A stretch of DNA of 44,874 nt from an uncultured archaeon (lineage in GTDB: Archaea > Iainarchaeota > Iainarchaeia > Iainarchaeales > JAAZKV01). Position 1 is the stretch's first letter; each line of letters opens with the position of its first letter. Made by a program: the position numbers and the translations under genes. The notes below the pieces were generated by a model that did not search any database, was not told where the DNA came from, and was given only the letters and a program-made list of their open reading frames with translations. Where the stretch lies: assembly GCA_964590155.1 (NCBI GenBank), contig CAZPWC010000004.1, positions 9,379-54,252 on the forward strand, read 5' to 3'. Below, piece by piece: positions 1-8,287 of this stretch.

Positions 1-347
1 GTGTTTGTGATTGATATTCCTGGAATTACTTTGAACTTGATTTCTTTTTCTTTTGCGTCAAGAATTAATTGGATGTGTGTTGTTGCGGTCAGGGCATTTC
101 CTATTATAAGTAAACCAATATCATTGCTTGTTGCTGAAAGTAGTGCTGACTCGAATTGTTCTTCAACCCCTTTTCTTCCCAAAACAACAACATTTTTTCC
201 AAGCATTTGGGTTAGTTCTTCAAGACTTCCTTGAGCGTACTCTGAAGTGTATCCTTCTAAAAAAAGCTGCCCGCACTTTTTTGCGGATTCTATCGCTTCT
301 AGAGTTATTTGCGCAGGTTTTAGTCCGATTCCAATTAAATAGAGCAT
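1..347 (-). CDS. dphB: diphthine synthase (diphthamide biosynthesis methyltransferase), N-terminal part; the C-terminus lies beyond the window edge
   Basis: Absent from the ORF track because it runs off the left edge. Manual reverse-complement translation from the ATG at 347 gives MLYLIGIGLKPAQITLEAIESAKKCGQLFLEGYTSEYAQGSLEELTQMLGKNVVVLGRKGVEEQFES...GLLIIGNALTATTHIQLILDAKEKEIKFKVIPGISI. This follows the archaeal DphB/Dph5 pattern (LYxIGLGL start, xxATTH motif). The + strand ORFs 1..234 and 128..358 are shadows of it. Confidence 0.75.
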   Translation of the reverse strand, partial: MLYLIGIGLKPAQITLEAIESAKKCGQLFLEGYTSEYAQGSLEELTQMLGKNVVVLGRKGVEEQFESALLSATSNDIGLLIIGNALTATTHIQLILDAKEKEIKFKVIPGISITN

Positions 348-406
348 ATTATCAATAATGGCTTGATTGGAAATGTTTTAATAGCTGTTTATGATTATGT
401 TTTATT

Positions 407-1168
407 ATGGTTAAAAAATCCTTCGATGGAGGGGTACATCTTTGGGGAAATGTTCTTTTAAAGCGTCCTTCAGGAAAGGGGCCAAGGACAAATAATCTTT
501 CTTTGCGTCCAGCTCCAAATGCAGTCGAGCGAATTAGGAAAATAGAGATGAGTCTTCAGAGAAGACTTATTGCTTTTTCCGCTGTTAAGGTTCTTAACGA
601 ACATGGGCCTTTTAGAACAAGGCAAGCGTTGTTTCACGCAATTAAACTAGGTCTTGCGACTCGTAATGTACAAGGAGCACAATTTTTTCATTTGGGTGCA
701 ATGGATAATCTTTTAGCGCATTTTCGTAGACGTAAAATACTCATTTCTTCAAGAAGAGAAAAGGAGAAGGTTAGAAGAGCGTTACCTAAATCAAGACCCA
801 AAGCGCGTGTAGTTGCAGTACCTGCTAAGCGAGAAGTCCCCCCCCAAATAAGTCATGCATTTAAACTTCCTTTGCCCAAAGTTAGGGCGTGGATTGGGAG
901 AAAATATTCGGGAGATGCTGAGCGAGCTACAATTGCTGATGCTATAGTTGCGGCTCTAGAAAAAAAGTCTGCCTCATCCGGAAAGGAGGTCGTTAGTTTG
1001 GTTTATTCTGATTATCGCAAAATTATACGTACGCTTGCCCCTACGCGCCCTTCTGTTAAGAGGATAAGGAGTTTTAATGAATATTCAGTGCGGTTAATAT
1101 ATCAAGATTTAACTAACCCAGAAACAGGGGTTATTGAAATAAATAATCGATTTGCGCGAAAAGGTTAA
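407..1168 (+). CDS. hypothetical Arg-rich basic protein with atypical composition
   Basis: Long ATG-initiated ORF with no recognisable motif. It is rich in Arg, Ala and Pro, whereas neighbouring proteins are Lys-, Ile- and Glu-rich. The DNA looks more GC-rich than its neighbours by eye. Confidence 0.55.
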   Translation: MVKKSFDGGVHLWGNVLLKRPSGKGPRTNNLSLRPAPNAVERIRKIEMSLQRRLIAFSAVKVLNEHGPFRTRQALFHAIKLGLATRNVQGAQFFHLGAMDNLLAHFRRRKILISSRREKEKVRRALPKSRPKARVVAVPAKREVPPQISHAFKLPLPKVRAWIGRKYSGDAERATIADAIVAALEKKSASSGKEVVSLVYSDYRKIIRTLAPTRPSVKRIRSFNEYSVRLIYQDLTNPETGVIEINNRFARKG

Positions 1169-1186
1169 TTAAAGTAATTTTCTTTT

Positions 1187-2071
1187 TTATATTAAACCTA
1201 ATTTGAATAAACTTGCAAGTCCCGTTGCGAATCCAAGAATTGCAATAATTACTTTCACGAATCCAATAATGTTTTTCCTTTCTTTTAATTTTTCAGGGTT
1301 TTTTGAAAGTTTTTCTATTTGCTCTTTTAAATAATCATCAAGGCTCCAGCAAATAAGAACTGCTAATAAAATTTTTATTGCGGCAAAAAGCGCGGGGTGT
1401 ATATTTATAACAAAATTTGATACAACGTGCTGTTCGGAAAAACCAAAAAAAGCAATTGCTGTTGCGGAAGCAATTCCATCAATCGCTTGTCCTAAAACAA
1501 TAAAGTAATTTGTTTTGTCGGAAAATATTTTGTACTTTGTGAATTTGTTTATTGCATAGCAAACAATGTAAGAAATCGCAATAATTAAAACAGCGGTTGC
1601 AATAAACCAAAGCCAATTATTAAATCTTGATAAATTAAAAAGCAAAGGCGTTGCGGTAACTAAAACACCAAACCAAAATACTCTTTCCAATTTTAATTTT
1701 TTCCAAACCTCTCCAATAAGGAGACCAATTGTTACAAGAGCAAATGTAAGAATCCATATTCCTGGCGTAAAAAACCAAAAACCAAATTCTAATGGGCTAG
1801 CAGTTTTGCTTATCAAAGGGATAACTAAAAGTCCTGCCTCTATTTGATGCATTATTACCCGCATTGATATCCCAAATAAAATGTAAGGGATAATGCTAGT
1901 GAAAAATTTTGAATCAAAAACAACTTTTTTACTTAGTATTTTGTAAATAACTGCGCAAGCAATTACAAGTAGGGCAATGTAAACAGTTGTGTTCACTAAA
2001 TTGTATCCTTGCGTTTCTGGACTTATTATTGGTTTTATGAAATAATCAGTAATAATTTGATTTATGTCCAT
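1187..2071 (-). CDS. polytopic membrane protein, DUF63-like (archaeal)
   Basis: The 294-aa ORF has about 8 hydrophobic segments. The N-terminus (IITDYFIKPIISPETQGYNLVNTTVYIALLVIA) resembles the DUF63 family as I remember it. Confidence 0.5.
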   Translation of the reverse strand: MDINQIITDYFIKPIISPETQGYNLVNTTVYIALLVIACAVIYKILSKKVVFDSKFFTSIIPYILFGISMRVIMHQIEAGLLVIPLISKTASPLEFGFWFFTPGIWILTFALVTIGLLIGEVWKKLKLERVFWFGVLVTATPLLFNLSRFNNWLWFIATAVLIIAISYIVCYAINKFTKYKIFSDKTNYFIVLGQAIDGIASATAIAFFGFSEQHVVSNFVINIHPALFAAIKILLAVLICWSLDDYLKEQIEKLSKNPEKLKERKNIIGFVKVIIAILGFATGLASLFKLGLI

Positions 2072-2130
2072 GACTGATGAGTGTTGAATGATTATTTAAT
2101 TGTTTTCAACCAACATTATTTTGTGTTTTT

Positions 2131-2979
2131 ATGAACTTAAAAGAAGCGTTGCAAATAAAACTCCCTAAAAAAGAAAAGCAATTTGCTACAGGAGCGTATG
2201 ATTCTTTTGGCAATATTGCTGTTATTGAAATTCCTAAAGAATTATCTAAGTGCAAAAAACTAATTGGAAAAACTTTGATTGAGTTAAATCCTAGATTTGA
2301 AACTGTTTGTTCTATTGAGAGCAATCACGAAGGGGAGTATAGAGTTCAAAAAGTGAAAATTATTGCGGGAAAAAAACAAACAATTGCGAATTACAAAGAA
2401 AGTGGTTGTAACTTTTTAGTTCCTTTAGGGAAAGTGTTTTTTTCTCCTCGGCTTGGAGGGGAAAGAACAAGAATTGCTTCTTTAATTGCTCAAGGTGAAG
2501 TTGTTGGTGCGTGGTTTAGCGGAGTTGGGCCTTATCCGATTATTTTTGCAAAAAACTCTAAGGCAGAAAAAATTGTTGCAATTGAACTAAATCCTGTTGC
2601 GCACAAATTTGCAGTTAAAAATGCTGAACTAAATAAAGTAAACAAAGGCTGCGTTAAAGGAAAAGAAAAAGGTGTTTTCATTAAGGGTGATGTGAAGAAA
2701 GTTTACAAAAAATTCAAGCGAATGTTTGACAGAATTGCAATGCCCTTGCCTCACACAGGGTGTCAATTTCTAAAAGAAGCTTTTCATTGCATTAAACCAA
2801 AAGGAGTAATTCATTTTTACGAAATTGTAGTGAAAGAAGATTATGCTACTCCAGAAAAACAAATTCTTGACGCGGCAATGAAAGCAAAGAGAAAAGTTGA
2901 AATTATTAGAAAAGCAAGGGTCAGACAATTCTCTCCGACAAAAGAACAAGTAGTATTTGACATTAAGGTTCTGAACTAA
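2131..2979 (+). CDS. class I SAM-dependent tRNA methyltransferase, Trm5/Taw2 (Met-10+) family
   Basis: FGNIAVIEIP, FFSPRLGGERTRIA, the SAM-binding stretch VVGAWFSGVGPYPIIFAK and DRIAMPLPHTGCQFL match the archaeal Trm5/TYW2 layout. Confidence 0.7.
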   Translation: MNLKEALQIKLPKKEKQFATGAYDSFGNIAVIEIPKELSKCKKLIGKTLIELNPRFETVCSIESNHEGEYRVQKVKIIAGKKQTIANYKESGCNFLVPLGKVFFSPRLGGERTRIASLIAQGEVVGAWFSGVGPYPIIFAKNSKAEKIVAIELNPVAHKFAVKNAELNKVNKGCVKGKEKGVFIKGDVKKVYKKFKRMFDRIAMPLPHTGCQFLKEAFHCIKPKGVIHFYEIVVKEDYATPEKQILDAAMKAKRKVEIIRKARVRQFSPTKEQVVFDIKVLN

Positions 2980-3058
2980 TAGTTAGACTCAATTTGTTGG
3001 ACAACTTTTGCGAGGTTTTTTAAATTGTTTTTGTTTTTATTTTATTGGTGAGTATAAA

Positions 3059-3730
3059 ATGGTTTTGAATTTGATTTTTTTAGGGGCTCCTGGTGCAGGA
3101 AAAGGAACTGTGGCGCAAAAAGCAGTTGAGCATTATGGGGTTGTTCAGATTTCTACAGGGGATTTGTTTCGTGCAAAAGCGAAAGAAGATTCAGAAGAAG
3201 GAAAAAGAATTAAGGGATTACTTGAACAAGGAAAATATGTTGATGATGAAACCACTGTAAAATTATTAAAAGAAAGATTGTCAAAAGATGATGTACATAA
3301 TGGTTTTGTTTTAGACGGTTTTCCAAGAACTCTTGCGCAGGCAGAAGAGCTTGATGTTCTTTTAGCTGGGCTTGAAAAAAAACTTTCTTTGGTTGTAAAT
3401 ATTGATGTTACTGAAGAAAAAGTTGTTGAGAGAATTTGCAACAGATTGACTTGTCCGGTTTGTAAAAGAATTTACAATAAAATCAGTGTTGGAATGATTC
3501 CTCAAGTTGAAGGAAAATGTGATGTTGACGGATCAATATTAACTCAAAGAGAGGATGATAAAGAAGAAGTTGTTAGATCAAGATTCAAGACCTATGTTGA
3601 AAAAACCCTTCCCTTAATTGAGTTCTATGAGAAGAAAGGTTTGCTTGTTTCTTTTGACGGCAACCCGCCAATGGAAGAAAGTGTTCGCAGAGCATTTGAA
3701 ATAATTGATAAAAAAGTTTTGAAGGAATAG
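3059..3730 (+). CDS. adk: adenylate kinase, bacterial long type with Zn-binding lid
   Basis: P-loop GAPGAGKGT directly after the ATG at 3059. Also DGFPRT and a lid with CPVCKRIYN...CDVDG. The track ORF starts at an upstream TTG (3008), which adds a non-homologous leader. Confidence 0.9.
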   Translation: MVLNLIFLGAPGAGKGTVAQKAVEHYGVVQISTGDLFRAKAKEDSEEGKRIKGLLEQGKYVDDETTVKLLKERLSKDDVHNGFVLDGFPRTLAQAEELDVLLAGLEKKLSLVVNIDVTEEKVVERICNRLTCPVCKRIYNKISVGMIPQVEGKCDVDGSILTQREDDKEEVVRSRFKTYVEKTLPLIEFYEKKGLLVSFDGNPPMEESVRRAFEIIDKKVLKE

Positions 3731-3737
3731 TGGTTGC

Positions 3738-4313
3738 GTGGAAAAGACGATAATTGAAGATGCAAGAAACTATGCTTTGCAAGAAATGGAAAAGTTTGGT
3801 TCTCCTACGTTGGATATTTTTGAGTTAGCTTGTATGAAAGGACAAGAAATAGCTACAAAACTCAATGCTGATAAAGATGTTGTTTTGCTTGGAACAATTT
3901 TAATGGACTTAAAGCTTCCTGAGTGTCTAAAAAATGGAAAGCTTTCTGAGCATGTTATTGAGAGCTCAAAAGCTGCCAAAGTTTTTTTAGAAGGATATGA
4001 TCTACGTGATGACGACAAGTTAAAAATATTAAATTGTATTGAAGCGCATCATAAAGTTGTTCCATTTTCTTGCATAGAATCTGAAATTTGTGCAAATGCT
4101 GATTGCTACAAATTTTTGCATCCGCGGGGTTTTATTGCTTATGCAAAAATTCTTGCAGTATCTGATCGCGGTGATTTGAATTATATAATAAATCAAATTG
4201 AGTATAAAATTGATGAAAAGTATTCTATCTTGTCTTTGGATTTATGTAAAGCAGAACTTAATGAATTTTATCCAATGTTTAAGAAAATACTTGCGGAAGC
4301 AAAAAAGTTATAA
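3738..4313 (+). CDS. HD-domain-like protein with degenerate metal ligands
   Basis: GTG start 8 nt after the adk stop. The layout is HD-like (…VVLLGTILMDLKL…, …CIEAHHK…), but the canonical HD dyad reads MD. Confidence 0.4.
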   Translation: MEKTIIEDARNYALQEMEKFGSPTLDIFELACMKGQEIATKLNADKDVVLLGTILMDLKLPECLKNGKLSEHVIESSKAAKVFLEGYDLRDDDKLKILNCIEAHHKVVPFSCIESEICANADCYKFLHPRGFIAYAKILAVSDRGDLNYIINQIEYKIDEKYSILSLDLCKAELNEFYPMFKKILAEAKKL

Positions 4314-4351
4314 TTCTATTTGATTGTCTACAATTACTTTATTGCTCGCAA

Positions 4352-5071
4352 TTACTTAATTGCTTCCCACAATATATTGTCTTTTGATTTGATTTCTATT
4401 CCTTTTGGATTTATGTCCATTGGGTGCGGGTTTTTGTCGTGTTGTGTTCCGCGCATTTTTCTTATGAAAAAGCTTCTGTTTGGAGGAGAGAAATATAAAG
4501 CAAATATTCCGTCAGCAACAAATTCTTCAACACCGAATGCTGAGAACGTTGTTTTTGTTGGTTGAGTTTCTGATGTTAGCAGAGTGGTGCAACCAATTGT
4601 TTTTAGTCTGTCGCAAAATTGGAACAAAGTTGTTCTTAGCATGCTTGGTTCTATGTATGCTCCAAATACTGTTGTTGAATCAACAACTAATCTTTTTGCA
4701 TTTATTTCTTGAACTTCTTTTTCTATTTCAGCTAATTGCTCTTCTATTTTTTCTTCAAGAGAAGTTTTTTCTTTTAAAAAACCTAAATTTAATCTATAAA
4801 TAGTTAACATGTTTTTGTCTTGTAGTGCTTTAATATTCCATTGAAAGCTTTCCATGTTCCATGCAATGTCTTTAACATTTCCTTCAAGCGTAACAAATAA
4901 TCCTGCTTCGCCGTATTGAGTTGCTCCGTTGTATAAGTATTGTGTTGAAAGAATTGTTTTTCCGGTTCCTGCTCCTCCGGCTACTAGCACATTACTTCCT
5001 TGAGGGATTCCTCCTCCTAATAATTCGTCAAGTCCTGGGATACCTGTTTTTGTTCGCTCCAACAACACCAC
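4352..5071 (-). CDS. single-domain KaiC/RecA-superfamily ATPase
   Basis: TGIPGLDELLGGGIPQGSNVLVAGGAGTGKT (Walker A) and a Walker B-like LVVDS. The size of about 240 aa is typical of archaeal KaiC-like proteins. Confidence 0.8.
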   Translation of the reverse strand: MVLLERTKTGIPGLDELLGGGIPQGSNVLVAGGAGTGKTILSTQYLYNGATQYGEAGLFVTLEGNVKDIAWNMESFQWNIKALQDKNMLTIYRLNLGFLKEKTSLEEKIEEQLAEIEKEVQEINAKRLVVDSTTVFGAYIEPSMLRTTLFQFCDRLKTIGCTTLLTSETQPTKTTFSAFGVEEFVADGIFALYFSPPNRSFFIRKMRGTQHDKNPHPMDINPKGIEIKSKDNILWEAIK

Positions 5072-5188
5072 CTGTTTTTATTAGGAAAAACCAGTATTTA
5101 ATCCTTTCTTGGCTTTTTTGCTGAAATAAAGCCATTTTAGCCTTTTTTTCTCGTAATTCTTATAAACTTCCTCAAAGCTTTAACTATT

Positions 5189-5968
5189 ATGCCTAAACCT
5201 AGTACTATTAAGATTGATAGCGACAGCGACGCTATAGCGCCTGTTGTTTCTCCTGCTCAAGAAATTGTTGAAGAAACAGTGTATGAGCGCGACTACTCAA
5301 AAATGGATTTAGTTGACTTAATTGATCAGCCTGCGTGGAAAACCATTTTACTGGATTTGGTTGAAACAGAAAAAATGAATCCTTGGGATATTGATGTAGT
5401 TGTTTTGGCAGAAAAATATTTAGTAAAAATAAATGAGTTAGAAACTAATAATTTGCGTGTTCCTGCAAATGCTATTCTTGCGTGCGCAATTTTAGTGAAA
5501 ACAAAAAGCAAGTATTTGCGTTTAAGTTCTCTTGATGATGTGGATGAAAAAGAAAAACTTACTCCTGAACAAAGAGCAATGATGCTTGGGGAAATTCCTG
5601 ATTTAGTTGCTAATCGTTCTTTTAGAGAAGGAAAAATAACTCTTGACGAACTTGTATCAAGCATTGAAGACATTATTCACAGAACAAGTCCGAAAAAAAA
5701 TGCTGCTCGTATTATTCCGAGAATGGAAATTAATTTTGATTCAACAAGTATTGAAGAAAAAATGGGTTCAGTTTTGGATTTAATAAAAAAGAAAGTTGAC
5801 TCTCAAGGAGTAGTTTTGTTTAAGGACTTACTTGACGAGAACAGTGTTGATGGTTTGGTTGACACTTTCCTTCCAGTGCTTTTCTTAATGAACAGCGGAA
5901 AAGTATTGGCTTACCAGAACGAGTTCTTTGGCGAAATATTTGTGCAATTAATACAAGAAGCTAGCTAA
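5189..5968 (+). CDS. scpA: segregation and condensation protein A (kleisin ScpA)
   Basis: The MNPWDIDVVVLAEKYLVKINELE...LRVPANAILACAILVKTK pattern and the C-terminal winged-helix-like FLPVLFLMNSGKV are typical of ScpA. Confidence 0.7.
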   Translation: MPKPSTIKIDSDSDAIAPVVSPAQEIVEETVYERDYSKMDLVDLIDQPAWKTILLDLVETEKMNPWDIDVVVLAEKYLVKINELETNNLRVPANAILACAILVKTKSKYLRLSSLDDVDEKEKLTPEQRAMMLGEIPDLVANRSFREGKITLDELVSSIEDIIHRTSPKKNAARIIPRMEINFDSTSIEEKMGSVLDLIKKKVDSQGVVLFKDLLDENSVDGLVDTFLPVLFLMNSGKVLAYQNEFFGEIFVQLIQEAS

Positions 5969-6038
5969 TCCAGCCACTTCTATGTCGATTTTGCTTTGCT
6001 CCGCAACTATTATATATCTCTTTTTCTCATTAGTTGTC

Positions 6039-6710
6039 ATGGCAATGAAGAAATCTAAAAAGAAAAGAGCCCCCGCACGGCAAGCTGTGCGTGTTAGGCC
6101 TGTGGCAAAAAAGAGGGACTCCTTTTTGGGCTCAATTGAAAGAATAGCTAGGCCTAAAGAAAAAGAAGTTAGGGTAAAAACTTTTATTGTTGAGCGGCCG
6201 GTTTACATTTCTTCTGATAAGAAGTTTCCTGCAAGAGGTTATGATTCACCTGAAAAAGAAGAACCTGTTTATGATTCAAGAAAAAGTCGTTATATAAAAA
6301 AAAGACAGCAAGAAAAAGAATTGGCTGACATTGATGATGATTCGCTTGATGATAAGCAAGGCGATTATGACGGTGGCGCTAATGCTGAATTTGATGAGCA
6401 AAGTGATGTGCAGGGCGATGAACAAGTAGATACTGATTTGGATCAGGATTTTGATGGCGAAGTGGATGAAGAAAACGTAAAAAAAAGATTTAGTCATCAG
6501 CGTTCCGGTCTTAAGAGCTTGCTTGAAAATTGGTGGAAGCGAGCAATTGTTTTTGGGCTTTTGTGGTGGCTTGCTTTATTGGCTTTTGCTTTTGTAATGC
6601 AGGTATTCAATTTAGTTACTGTTGATTTGACTCGCGATTGGTGGGTATTTTTAGGAATAGTCCTTGCCTTAAGTATGGTTTACCAAAAATTCTTAAGCGG
6701 AAAAATATAA
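6039..6710 (+). CDS. hypothetical protein with a basic N-terminus, an acidic D/E-rich middle and two C-terminal TM helices
   Basis: Long ORF. The start at 6039 (MAMKKSKKK) is preferred over the track start at 5982, which adds a hydrophobic leader. No known domain recognised. Confidence 0.5.
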   Translation: MAMKKSKKKRAPARQAVRVRPVAKKRDSFLGSIERIARPKEKEVRVKTFIVERPVYISSDKKFPARGYDSPEKEEPVYDSRKSRYIKKRQQEKELADIDDDSLDDKQGDYDGGANAEFDEQSDVQGDEQVDTDLDQDFDGEVDEENVKKRFSHQRSGLKSLLENWWKRAIVFGLLWWLALLAFAFVMQVFNLVTVDLTRDWWVFLGIVLALSMVYQKFLSGKI

Positions 6711-6789
6711 AAAGTATATAAAAAGTATAATTCTTCTTTTTTGTCTTCTTCCGCGAGCTTTTTTGCCCCTGTTATGCCCGCGCTAGTGT

Positions 6790-7035
6790 TTACATCAATT
6801 TATTTTTCTTTAACGCTTCTTCTATTGCGGGTTTGTCAAAACCAATTATTACTTTGCCGTTAATGTCAAGTACAGGAACACCCATTTGTCCGCTTTTTTG
6901 AATCATTTCTCTTGCTTTTTCTTGGTCCGCTCCAACATTATAATCTTTAAAATCGACTTTGTGTTGCTTTAGCCAGTCCTTTGCCATTACACAATAGGGG
7001 CAAGTCGCCGTAGAATAAACAATTACTTTTTCCAT
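6790..7035 (-). CDS. glutaredoxin-like small redox protein
   Basis: 81 aa with a CPYC active site (VYSTATCPYCVMAKDWL) and GVPVLDINGKVIIGFD. Confidence 0.85.
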   Translation of the reverse strand: MEKVIVYSTATCPYCVMAKDWLKQHKVDFKDYNVGADQEKAREMIQKSGQMGVPVLDINGKVIIGFDKPAIEEALKKNKLM

Positions 7036-7185
7036 TAAAACACCTCAATAATATAATTGATTCTTTTGTGTTTAAATTCTTTTTGCGGAAGAGAAAAAAT
7101 ATTAAATTAATGAACAACTGCTAAAAAAGAATGTTTTTATTAAAAAAAGAAATTTCTAAATTATTTTTCTAAAAATACACGTTTT

Positions 7186-7263
7186 AGGAGTCAAGGGGTT
7201 ACACATACAATAAACACTGTTGGGGTTTACCCTTTCCGGGTTAGGCTGTGCTCCCCTTGATCC
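7186..7263. ncRNA. candidate structured RNA of unknown class; strand undetermined
   Basis: GC-rich island inside a 395-bp gene-free region. AGGAGTCAAGGGG (7186-7198) pairs with CCCCTTGATCCT (7252-7263). Internal alternative hairpins are GGGG-TTTA-CCC and ACCC-TTTCC-GGGT. No tRNA T-arm, C/D boxes or SRP helix-8 motif recognised. Confidence 0.3.
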
Positions 7264-7430
7264 TGTTCGTGCTACATGACAATTCTTCTCATGCGATTGT
7301 ATATTGGGGTTTGTTCTTATTAAAGGTTCATAGTTTTTTGCTGTATGAAAGATACACCAAAAAATCTTTTTGTGTACTAATTCTGCATTAACTTTGATGC
7401 GTTTTTTTGTGAATAACTTTTTTTTGTAAA

Positions 7431-8198
7431 TTATCTTTTTTTACCTATCATGACGAAGAAAGCATTTTTTCTTTTAACAAACCACAGTACTTCGTCAATC
7501 GTTGGAGTATTGTATTTAGGATATGATTCTAAAAAATCAATTTTTTCTTCGCAAAACCAATTGAGTACCTCTCTTATTGAGTGGTAGCTTTCATGTACCT
7601 GTCCATATTTATCAGCCAGCCATGACTTTGCTTCGTTTCCCTTAAACCATTTTTTCCCAAAAGAGATTCGTTTTTCTATGTTTGTTCCGCAAAAAAGCCA
7701 TAAAAGAAATCTTTTCATTCTGTGTCTTGCTCTTGAATACTTGTTGTACAAACCTACAATGATAATCCCTTTCTTTTTTACGTGTTTTGCCGCGATTTTG
7801 AATCCTTTTCTTGCGTTAATTGTATGATGCAAGCTTCCTAGTGCTACTATAACGTCAAATTTTTGTTTAGAGGAGAATTCAAGGATATTTTTTTCTTTAA
7901 AAAGCACGTTTGTCCCTAATCTTTTTGCAGTTTTTTTTGCTTTTTTTATTGATGTTGAAGAAAAATCTATTGCTGTAACATTTGCTCCTGCAAGGGCCAA
8001 TCCACAAGCGAGTTCTCCTGTCCCACAGCCAAGTTCAAGTACTTTTTTCCCTTTCCAAAAAGAAGTTCCTTCGCCAAATATCCTAGAAACCCACTTTACA
8101 TACTTTTCCGCTTCTTTTTTTGTAGTAATTTCGCGGTTAGGGTAGGGGTATTTTTCATAGAGTTCTTTTACAAGCTTTTCTTTTTCTTTGCCATTCAT
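7431..8198 (-). CDS. class I SAM-dependent methyltransferase
   Basis: Motif I VLELGCGTGELACGLALAGANVTAIDFS and post-I/II spacing typical of Methyltransf_11/25. Substrate unknown. Confidence 0.75.
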   Translation of the reverse strand: MNGKEKEKLVKELYEKYPYPNREITTKKEAEKYVKWVSRIFGEGTSFWKGKKVLELGCGTGELACGLALAGANVTAIDFSSTSIKKAKKTAKRLGTNVLFKEKNILEFSSKQKFDVIVALGSLHHTINARKGFKIAAKHVKKKGIIIVGLYNKYSRARHRMKRFLLWLFCGTNIEKRISFGKKWFKGNEAKSWLADKYGQVHESYHSIREVLNWFCEEKIDFLESYPKYNTPTIDEVLWFVKRKNAFFVMIGKKR

Positions 8199-8287
8199 TT
8201 AGGGGTCATCCAAAAGAGTTGTTTTTCCAAACCAATTAAAAAGCATTTGAATAAACAAATTGTTAGTGTTGTGTTGGGGGGGTGCTA

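Noticed and set aside
1-358. The + strand ORFs 1..234 and 128..358
   Set aside because: They are low-complexity shadow frames. The minus strand encodes a clear diphthine synthase N-terminus.
7186-7263. Identification as SRP RNA, tRNA or split-tRNA half, or C/D or H/ACA sRNA
   Set aside because: There is no GGTTCRAAT T-arm, no helix-8 GGAA/AGCA-type SRP motif and no RUGAUGA/CUGA boxes. No ACA lies directly after the closing helix. At about 80 nt the paired core is too short for 7S RNA. It is kept only as an unclassified candidate.
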